From sequence record KY499642.1: DNA of 64,000 nucleotides; one strand, written 5' to 3'. How positions within the stretch are numbered: position 1 is the stretch's first letter; each line of letters begins with the position of its first letter. This document shows, one piece after another, positions 37,401-46,000 of the stretch. The translations under genes and the position numbers were made by a program. Below the pieces are notes generated by a model. It was not told where the DNA came from, ran no database searches, and saw nothing but the letters and a program-made list of their open reading frames with translations.

Positions 37401-39589
37401 AACGTGATCGGTCGACCCGCTTCGATATCTGAAATCTTAGCTTTCCAGTGACGACTATAACAACCACCGTTACCAAAGTAATGAAAGTGGAAGTGAACTT
37501 CATTCTTGTACAAGAAGATAGAACAACCGTTACCCAATGGACAGCCATTTAAGTCAACAATTTCAGCACCTACGTGTTTAGACATATCCATAGTACTACG
37601 GGTCAGTACTAGGTAGTACTTGCCATTAATTGTAGACAATGGAAATACTGTCTCACTACCACGGTGCGTATGACTTACACGGTCGCCATCTTCAATAAAG
37701 TTTGGGCGGTATTCAGTTGTAGTCGTTACTGTTTTAGAGAACGTTCCATCCGTTTTAAACTCACCGTACCAGTAATATACACCTTTATTAGCATGGTCAG
37801 CACCGTTACGCAATAGTACCAAACGCCCATCTGCTTCAATACAGCCCACTGCCACACCAGAACCTGTACCAGCAGCACCATATGAACCCAACACTGGCAA
37901 CGGTAGATAACCAAATCCACCATATTGCATAATGTCAAATGGCAGCGACGGCATCTTACCACTCAGGTTACTCTCTGCAACCAACTGGCTCTGGTATGCA
38001 TCATTCAGCATTACTGGAGTAGCTGCAACATCGTCACGAGACGACTGTGTAGTCGTTAGCTTAGTCATACCGTATGTATCATGGTCAGCATAAGGGATGT
38101 TCGTGAAGTCCGAGTTAGGGTGTGAGTGCGCAGCATTTGCTTTTGCCGCTGCTGCTGATTTAAACGCATTACTCGCAGGCTTGTTTTCCGGAGCAGTGTC
38201 GTTCACATTACCCAGACCTAAGTCTGTTTTAGTAATGGTAATGTCTTGGTTTAGACGATGACCATTAATGGTGAATGTGTTGTCTACCTTTTCAGAGGCT
38301 AGCCTATTCAGGTTGTACAATGCACGTCCTGATGCTGCCATGTCTTTACTATCCGAGTAAATCGAATGATTAAGACGGAACACACCGTTAGTGGTTGATG
38401 TTGCTACAGGGTAGAACACGTAACCAGTTAGTGGCGAACCACTAAGACCACGACCAGCTAGATAAACAGTTTCAGTCGTCTCTACATGCAGAATTGTATC
38501 GACATAATCAGGCGGCGGCATGAAATCAGCAAGGTTGCCGACATGGATGAGGTAGAAGCCGTTATACACCGCTGTGTCGTCATTACCTGCATCCGAGTGT
38601 ACTGTTAACAGGTTATCTCCCGAACGGAGTGATGCAGTGATTTTATCATTACCACCACTTGCATCTGCTTCTAACACAATGTTACTGTTAGAGAGGATGT
38701 TCAAGTCACCATTAACAAGGTTAATCAGTGCTGAACCACCTTCGTTTTGAATGATGACGTTTGAACCATCGAAACGTAAACGACCTTCCAGTGTGTCGCC
38801 GATTAGACGGAACAGGTTATCTGTGTCTTCGGCATTTTCACCCAGTAGGTTAACCAACGTAACCAAATCGGCTAGGACGTAACCATACGCTTTCAATGAG
38901 TCTACTGCGGTATCATCACGATGTAGCGCGTTGAGCTGCGCCGCTGTAATGCGGTGACGACCACGTTTATCTTCGTGGTTATCCACGTCATGTGCATGGA
39001 TTTTGTTGGTTAAAGCAATCAGTGCGGCGATGACATCATCATACCCCTGCTTCTGAGCTTCGTTAAGACGCTCTAGAGCCTTTCTTACGCGGTCTAGGGC
39101 ACCAGTAGGTAAATCGTTAGCAATCGCTTCATCGATGTTTGCAGGCGCATCTACGGATGGGATAGCCATCTCGTAACGCATCACATCTTCCCAGTCTAAG
39201 TTACGTGGGTCACGCAAATCAACTTGGTTAAGATGGACATCAATAACACGCTTAAGCATGTTGTAGCGACCACCGAGAGTTCGGTACTGTACAAATTCAA
39301 TAGTGCCAGATAACGTTTGATCGATTATCATCACACTACCAAAAATCGGCATCTTGTTTTCTTCAGATGCTGCTTTGTAATAGTGACCGAGGTAGTAGTC
39401 AATACCCTCGTGAAGGGTGCGATCTTCCTCTACGTGACGTAGTGTGAGATCTTTGCGATAGAACGGCGCAAACAGAGGAATGATACATCCCCATTTATTA
39501 GGGTAGTCCTCAAGCTTGTGCTGTTCCCCTTTGACCAAACATAGAGGGTTAGTTCCCTCCGGGTCGTAAGGATAAGCGTAATCTGACAT
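34439..39589 (-). CDS. large tail/baseplate fibre protein (paralog 1) with TSP_C-like domain near C-terminus
   Basis: YAYPYDP N-term, LGLGNVND fibre motif, DGDNDAV...GGRFGYGCMSQ. Confidence 0.85.
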   Translation of the reverse strand: MSDYAYPYDPEGTNPLCLVKGEQHKLEDYPNKWGCIIPLFAPFYRKDLTLRHVEEDRTLHEGIDYYLGHYYKAASEENKMPIFGSVMIIDQTLSGTIEFVQYRTLGGRYNMLKRVIDVHLNQVDLRDPRNLDWEDVMRYEMAIPSVDAPANIDEAIANDLPTGALDRVRKALERLNEAQKQGYDDVIAALIALTNKIHAHDVDNHEDKRGRHRITAAQLNALHRDDTAVDSLKAYGYVLADLVTLVNLLGENAEDTDNLFRLIGDTLEGRLRFDGSNVIIQNEGGSALINLVNGDLNILSNSNIVLEADASGGNDKITASLRSGDNLLTVHSDAGNDDTAVYNGFYLIHVGNLADFMPPPDYVDTILHVETTETVYLAGRGLSGSPLTGYVFYPVATSTTNGVFRLNHSIYSDSKDMAASGRALYNLNRLASEKVDNTFTINGHRLNQDITITKTDLGLGNVNDTAPENKPASNAFKSAAAAKANAAHSHPNSDFTNIPYADHDTYGMTKLTTTQSSRDDVAATPVMLNDAYQSQLVAESNLSGKMPSLPFDIMQYGGFGYLPLPVLGSYGAAGTGSGVAVGCIEADGRLVLLRNGADHANKGVYYWYGEFKTDGTFSKTVTTTTEYRPNFIEDGDRVSHTHRGSETVFPLSTINGKYYLVLTRSTMDMSKHVGAEIVDLNGCPLGNGCSIFLYKNEVHFHFHYFGNGGCYSRHWKAKISDIEAGRPITLERVGLNGDDWKGNAQNDTETFFFTTLGQANNLDGDKPIIHRLDNGHWSGSNNVRHSTQNSMFYIKDNKLRVQVYGRTYYSRSDGSTGYPLSHSFVLDLDTMQMVSDNADCFPIKLYNNRWEMPAGKSAPAEAWTGANPNNNTPVLVTRDRMFAFRFYGTTYIPRVYEFKSGTDLSVFDYLEAGKSNPVTITAADFEGAYGSVVGAGTKYMGFLPGNKLISDQLDGRDTICTYDLNGSYVEDGTGWGPTSDRRLLPNGDNARLIRVPMNWDTNKNEGFVISSTYPTNNSKIVNETPTSPVSWSSALVADLRTRFRALHPATGGMSLWEDRVMLHAFGDWEKGANTLVCFIQYTYVFWADAAKSSRRVFTATHKCTITMAGAAVASVNIGELISNPNWNNSVVGWGSFESFGMNTCGTTDDGHKVYCLNHSLYVSYVGHSGGRIFQIVLDKDDGSVLYERNRNAHTHVMYASYWHPDIGLIDTVNEYAAQVVSAKKLGRTVAEMSGNTYLSSQIIHATQVASGWVVYFTEAARFYVAGESLELPIQNFDLSKMSEFPNYQNKTFYIYVEVTYDNEGVGTANYKFSLTKTADSETSMYIGYAITGDTQINELKVDRATRLGMIYELEEHIYDRRAHNDITNLDKNSFSLGKVENMGMIHTLTLPTFKEVFNSWERISHFKDSATQPHNPGELSSWTYTEATDTIKCTINSATFVGFVSPAPVGDYVFDTLVGSPDGDNDAVAVILAFIEDAQGIEHTICAVRAQSIEGHMAISGKFDIWYDYHLPSRKLIKTGGGTGANAGGWGGNYSRITAVRKGEKFVVSATRFIKSTKLEDHGKEHIEVVHEFDLQQFTELQQFKSGGRFGYGCMSQPNSTFINILRPDENVGNYYASADTIRILSERQAEAVAFATGTIGGGHTLPIPIGFTAADCHAVVSFNHSSSTSKLTYAKAVLSGLTCNITIRLAGGSVVTNPLGCNARYYLIARKNPEV

Positions 39590-39621
39590 CAGGTTAAACC
39601 TCTTATCTTTGTTATTCGAGA

Positions 39622-39659
39622 ATAATACAAAGGATGATCAACCGTTTGGCTAATCATCC
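39622..39659 (-). terminator. intrinsic terminator between fibre genes
   Basis: - strand GGATGATTAGCC-AAAC-GGTTGATCATCC then TTTGTATT. Confidence 0.65.
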
Positions 39660-39671
39660 CCTGCATTCATT

Positions 39672-42600
39672 TTAGACGTCCCTCAGACCTGCCAGCAGGT
39701 AGTTTACATAACCCGTCTTAGTGATTGGTGCAGACCCACCCTCTGACTCCGTCTTATACTGAGCTTCGACATACATGTAACGGTCGAGCGTTAGCATATC
39801 AATCCGTGATTCAGTGATGACGTTACCTGTAATGACTGAACGGATACGATGCTCAAGACCATCAATCGGGTCAGTATTTCCCTCAGTACCCATCGCATGC
39901 CAACCTAAGTAGACATTTACATAACGGCAGTTTGGAAGTAATGGTAGTTCTGCATTATTTACAGCCCCACCCTTGGCAATCAGTAAGTTAACGCCATCAC
40001 GTAGCGATTGGTATACACCTTTCGCGGTGATGTATTTCTTATCTTGACTACCTTCATCCGCAGCAATGCAATCAATGTATAACAACACTGAGTTAGCACT
40101 ACCCACCTCGGACGCCGGATACATGTTACCGCCAAACCCAATAACTCCAGAATCAATTGCTTTCTTAATGTTACCGTTGACATACCCTTTGTTGTTATCG
40201 CTACCTGTTGCCGTGTAATGCGTAATACGTTTACCTAATTGTTCCATACGAACGTCCATGTCGAAACTATCGTCACGGAAGTCTAAGTCAACACGAACGG
40301 TATCTATACGGGAAGTATAGACCAATGCGTCGTACTGATACTCAACAGCATAGTGGAAACCGTCAGCAGTTTCCCAGTATTCGAATATCATGTATAAACG
40401 ACCGTGTTGCGGCGCCACTTGCCAGTTACCGATATTAACGTGCGCTAGGTCTTGCTCAAACACACCGTTACGGTATTGACGTAGCCATACTTGTTTCTCG
40501 TTATAGAAACGGAACGAGTGTGCAAGTACGATATCAATAGTGTCACCAGCATCATCCACGTAAGAACCAAGAATAGCATGCCAGTTATTAACTGATTGCG
40601 TTCCCGTGTCGGCTCCCGGATTTAACACGTATCCCAACTTACGTTTACGTACGCCATTTTCAGGCTCATCGGACACATATGTAGGATCATTGAACTTCAT
40701 ACGTTGATTGCGGATTGCTAAGTACTGAGTACCTCCAGTCTTCCACGGGATAGTTACCATCACACCGTTACTGACCGGAATACCGTTATTGTCCAACGTA
40801 CGTGGTAGTGAAACAACGTTTTCGGCAGCCTCAACATCCCAACCTGTGAAGTAATCCCATTCATCGATACCGTTATGGCTGCCGTCTGAGATTTGACTCA
40901 CTACATCATAGTTGTGGATCAAGTCAAGACCAATCGTACCCGCATCACCTACAGCCCCGTCACCAATGTGCGCAGTTGGGTCATCCTCGTGCTCTTCAAG
41001 CTCACGGAACATACCGACTGAAGTAACTGAGTCAATATCTAGGATACCACTCACGTTGTCATCATAAATGTGATCGGATGTTCCTGTCTCCTGAGTCACG
41101 TTAGCGATTGCTGAAGCACCACACTTAATTGTGGAGATATGCAAACGACCCACTGCGTTAGTCAGCTTGTCTTTGCTAGCACTATAGAAGATGGAGTCGT
41201 CTTCCACATTAATGTAGATGTAGAACGTTTCATTAACGTAAGCATTCGGGAACAACGTTGCAAAGTTCAACGTGCCGCCCGGAACTGGCAAGTCTACACG
41301 TTCCGCATAGTTGATACGGTTCATGTACAACTCAGCATCCGCCGGGAACGTAATTGCCAGACCACTACAAGTAACGTCAGCAGTTGCACGCCAGTAACGA
41401 ACGTCCAAAACGTCAGCAGGCATCTTACCTTGAGAAGCTGTTGCCACTTCAACAATCTTCGATGCGTACTCACCCACCAATTTGGGTGTTATCGCCGCAT
41501 TCACATCAGAGTCAGACATACTTACAGCATGTCGGGTAACACCGAGCTCAGTACTCGTCGCTCTTTCCAATTCCACGCCAGTTAAGTCGTGTTTGTGGCT
41601 ACCTTCGGAGTATTGGTCAAGTAAACGCTGTTGCTCAGTCGAGATTGGCTTAGCTGCATCTGACGTGTTGTCTACCTTATCCAGATAAATGTCATCTTTA
41701 TCTAAACTGAAGTTACCCGACATTACATGACCGTTAATCACTCGCGCTTTAGGCACACGTCCGTCTAGGTCTTTACGCATGACATTAATCACGTAAGGCG
41801 TAGGCGCTTCTGTCAAATTGTTAGCAGTACGTGAGTTGGTTAACTTAACCGTGCCACGTTTAGACAATGTGGCAACTGGAAGTACCACACGCGCTTTAAG
41901 TGGCGTGTCAGGACGTGATGTTCCTTCCCATTTAATAGTGTCAGTGTCTTGCGTAACAACACGCATACCGACACCACCTTTCTCTCTTAGCTTCGCGCGT
42001 ACCGTACCTTGGTGAATCACCTCATGACCATTGTAACGTAACGTGTCTTTAGTACGTCCGTTACGACCACTTGAAACAATTTCCAGAATGTTTGCACCTG
42101 CCATGAACTTCATACGCTCACCGACAGTTTGTACATCACTGTCTGCCATGATGGCGAGAAGCTCATCTGCACTGATTGTGATATCGCCCGTTGATAGGTC
42201 AATTGACGTTGTACCACTTTCACTGCGGATAACCGCTTGGTTATTCTTCAGCGTTAGTCGGTCATCATAAACCTGATCACCAAACTTAGCCAAATACTTA
42301 CTGACGTCCGCTTCTGTAATACCACGGTTGTTAATGTAGTCAGCTAACTCCACTAACGTTTTGTTGAACGCACGGAACGTATCAACGGCTTGAGCGTTCT
42401 TTTCCAACGCATGGACTTGCGTTGCCGTAGTCTTATGAGGGTTCCCATAGTCCACGATATGCGTATCTTGACGATACTGGTTCAATAGGGCATCTACAGC
42501 GTTAACACGCGCTAGGAGGTCACCTACGGCCCCACTGTTGGCATTCTCGATTGCTTCATCGATTGCTGCTGCCAATCCATCAAGTTCTGCGGCCACGCCA

Positions 42601-43073
42601 TCTTTATTTACGAAGTCAGCGTAGTGCTGTTCGTGTTTAGCCGGAGTGAAATAAGCAGGTCTATCAATAACCTTTTCAAATGGCGTCTTGACAGGATCGT
42701 TCAATGCGTTTGCTAGATACGTCAGTACGTTACTGCGAATACCAACAAAGTTACCACCGACGGTTCGGTAGCCGACGATGAACTCACCTTTAAGTTGCGG
42801 GTTGATTAACACAATACAACCAAAGAGGTCACGCTGTGCAATCTTCTTAGCAGAGAGGACACGGTAACCTAGGTTATAGTCCTTTCCTTCTTTTAGTTCC
42901 AGACCGGACTCAGCATGTACAATGCTCAAGTTCTCAGTATAGAACGGTGCCATCTCAGGAACGATAACACGGTAAGTATTATCGTTAGTCAAGATAATGT
43001 GACTTTCATCCTGAATATGGCACTCATCCCTCGTACCCGCAGGGTCGTAGGGATAAGCGACCATAATCGTCAT
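39672..43073 (-). CDS. tail/baseplate fibre protein (paralog 2, shorter)
   Basis: VAYPYDP N-term, GNPH, YLDKVDN, TFYIY; lacks the long central region of paralogs 1 and 3. Confidence 0.85.
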   Translation of the reverse strand: MTIMVAYPYDPAGTRDECHIQDESHIILTNDNTYRVIVPEMAPFYTENLSIVHAESGLELKEGKDYNLGYRVLSAKKIAQRDLFGCIVLINPQLKGEFIVGYRTVGGNFVGIRSNVLTYLANALNDPVKTPFEKVIDRPAYFTPAKHEQHYADFVNKDGVAAELDGLAAAIDEAIENANSGAVGDLLARVNAVDALLNQYRQDTHIVDYGNPHKTTATQVHALEKNAQAVDTFRAFNKTLVELADYINNRGITEADVSKYLAKFGDQVYDDRLTLKNNQAVIRSESGTTSIDLSTGDITISADELLAIMADSDVQTVGERMKFMAGANILEIVSSGRNGRTKDTLRYNGHEVIHQGTVRAKLREKGGVGMRVVTQDTDTIKWEGTSRPDTPLKARVVLPVATLSKRGTVKLTNSRTANNLTEAPTPYVINVMRKDLDGRVPKARVINGHVMSGNFSLDKDDIYLDKVDNTSDAAKPISTEQQRLLDQYSEGSHKHDLTGVELERATSTELGVTRHAVSMSDSDVNAAITPKLVGEYASKIVEVATASQGKMPADVLDVRYWRATADVTCSGLAITFPADAELYMNRINYAERVDLPVPGGTLNFATLFPNAYVNETFYIYINVEDDSIFYSASKDKLTNAVGRLHISTIKCGASAIANVTQETGTSDHIYDDNVSGILDIDSVTSVGMFRELEEHEDDPTAHIGDGAVGDAGTIGLDLIHNYDVVSQISDGSHNGIDEWDYFTGWDVEAAENVVSLPRTLDNNGIPVSNGVMVTIPWKTGGTQYLAIRNQRMKFNDPTYVSDEPENGVRKRKLGYVLNPGADTGTQSVNNWHAILGSYVDDAGDTIDIVLAHSFRFYNEKQVWLRQYRNGVFEQDLAHVNIGNWQVAPQHGRLYMIFEYWETADGFHYAVEYQYDALVYTSRIDTVRVDLDFRDDSFDMDVRMEQLGKRITHYTATGSDNNKGYVNGNIKKAIDSGVIGFGGNMYPASEVGSANSVLLYIDCIAADEGSQDKKYITAKGVYQSLRDGVNLLIAKGGAVNNAELPLLPNCRYVNVYLGWHAMGTEGNTDPIDGLEHRIRSVITGNVITESRIDMLTLDRYMYVEAQYKTESEGGSAPITKTGYVNYLLAGLRDV

Positions 43074-43088
43074 GTTTCACCTCGTTAA

Positions 43089-46000
43089 TTAAATCATTCG
43101 CACGTCATTGAAGAACGTAATGTTGTATCGCAACAATGCAGTGTAGAAACCACCACGGTTATGACTCAGCGCAGTAAAGCGAATCACATCACCAACACGT
43201 TCATGCGATAGTGCCATAGTTGTAATACCGCCACCTGAATCCGAAGACTGGTCAATGTTGTACCACGCGTGATAGTTCATGTCTCGGTACTCCACGGGGA
43301 TTGGCACGTCGTACGTATCGGTGTCGCCACCGTTCACGGTCGGCGCAACTACACCGCTGATGGTTTTCAGACGGCTAGACCAACTGAAATTATCACGGTA
43401 CAGCTTCTGAGACGCGTAGAAGTTCTTACCATCTTCATCAGGACGCAAGATATTACGCCAAGTTGACGACGCTTGAGACTGCGCACAGTAGCCGAAACGT
43501 ACAGCACCGCGGAACAACGCAGCAAGCTCAGGGTGGTCTTTAACATCAAAGCTAAAGGTACGCTCTGTCGCCGCGTCAGTCATCATCTTAGTCACGTGGA
43601 TAGTGAACACATCACCACGACGTTTAACTGTAATGATACGTTCTGGGATTTCATCCCATCCGTGTTTCAAAGCAGTTGTATGTGAGTACAACGTTTTCTG
43701 GCCACGATTGGCGGTTTGGTTCCAGTTGTAATGTACTGAGAAGTGATCATTACGCGTATCTGTGCCCGAACACAGTGCTGTCAGCGTATGCTGAATCCCA
43801 TCCTTTTCCACCATGGCGAAGATAACACCGATCCAGTCATCATCACCGTTAGCTGAATTAACGCCAGTAATGAAATCATAGTCACCTACTGTAACGTCAG
43901 CAGGAGATACCATGCCAACGAAGCTAGAGCTGTTGGTTGTGTTAAAGATGGAGTCAGTTGCTGCGTTATACGACCACGTGGTTGTCTCCGCAGGGATTGC
44001 CGGGTACGGTTTCTCAGCTTGATGTGACAAACGGTACCAGCCATCGAATATCTCCTTAAAGGTTGGAACGACCAGTGAGTGACGAATGTCTTTGTTCTCA
44101 AGCAGACCTAAACCGATGTCATCGGTGGTTACCTGTGACAAATCCAAACCGTGTGGTTTAGGATCGGTTAAGTGCTCTGTGAACTCTCGGAAGTCGCCCA
44201 TACGTGTTGCACGGTTAACTTGCAAGTCGACAATCTTCTCATCCGTAGTACGACAGAAGCCAATGTAGATTTCTGTTGAACTGTCTGCCACATACTGCTC
44301 TTTAATCACGTAGTGCGCTACACCACCCTCAACCGACGCGTAGATGTAAAACGTGTTTGACTTATATGTGGACGGGAATAACGTCGACAAGTCTAACCCG
44401 GTTTCAGGGATCATGAATCGTGTACTGTTGATAAAGAACTGCACATCCTGAGTGAAGTATACTACCCAACCCTCAGCCACCTGTGAGGTGTGAAGCACCA
44501 CCGTTTCTTTGTACGAGTCCTTGTTAGCGTAGAACACTTTCCAATCCGCAGCCGTCTTACCAATATGACGTGCAGTAATCGCAGTAAAGGAGTTGTGCTG
44601 TAAAGGAATCACCAGACCGTAATCTTTGGTAATCATCATGCCACCTGCACGGTAGCTATACATGTCGGTGTTATGCATGTGTGCCGGATCAGGAGTTCCA
44701 GAACTATAATCGATTTCCACAAGGAATGACTTCGTGTGACTACCGTAATAGAAACTACAGTTTGTGTTCAACACAAACAACATCTTACCTGAGGCTTCAT
44801 CATCAATGATACCACTGTTAGGTAAGTAGTCTCGCGGCGATGAGTAAGACGCGTAACGACTTGCACCACCTGCTGACCCTAACGTACCACGGACACGGAA
44901 GTTACCAACACTGCCACTACGGGGAACGTTTTCAAGCGTACCCACTTTGTTTATACTACGAACAGCCCCATCCGATGCTTTAACGAAACGACCTACCGCA
45001 GTCCACATTGGCGGAATACGTTCATCTGGGAGGATATACACCACCACATCCACGCCTTGCAGCGTATCCGAACCTGCATCCGCTTCAAAGATAGGCTCAA
45101 GTGCCGCAGAGAGCGCATCCAGATGCTCGACTGTGGTTGAAATGCTACCGCTTGTATTGTGGCTCGCATCCATCGTGGTCCATGTAGATAAGCTTGCTTT
45201 ATGTAAAATACCACCGAAAGCAAGTTCAACATCCGACCCGTTAGTGAAGTAGACGTTATGGCGATACTTCCGCCAATCACCCGCATACTTACGGTCAACG
45301 TGTGGCCCGTAACCTTTCATGCCATTTGCAAATGTGTAATTAGGTACAAACTTACACATATTCCACCCGCTGTAACTATGCAAGTAGCGATTAGGTAGCA
45401 TAGCAACATGTCGTTGCATTACACCAACCGCACTACCAAAGTTACCAGTCAAACTAGGTCGAGAACCGATCGTCTGGATAGAACGGTTTGCTGCATGTAG
45501 TGAGTCGAAGTAATCTGCATTGTTATACTTCTGACCACCCGCACTCGGTGTAGATTCATTGTGAGTGTGCCACACCGCTGTAAATTTACCGTCACTAATT
45601 TCACCAGCACCAATATTACCACCATTCATCCAACCCATACTCTGGCTATTGTTCGCACCCATATTACCGCCGTAGTTATTACGACCATTAAACACATACG
45701 GGAGGTTTCGGCCTGAGTCAATAACCAACTGACGTGTGGCTAGGTTGACGGTTACACTGTACGACCAGTTATAGCGAGATGAGTCAAATGACGATGATTC
45801 ATAACTACCGACCTTAACAAAGATGCGAAGTAAATCACCTTTAATCGCCATCGCTAAACCGATGTTGTTCCAGCGCGGATTAATCGAGTAACGTGTATCT
45901 TTTCGAATACAGATAGCTTCTGCATTCTCATCATCACTCCAGTCATTACGGCAAAGTACAATGGTAGAACCCGACTGCTGCTCATTAAAGAAGTCAGTAC

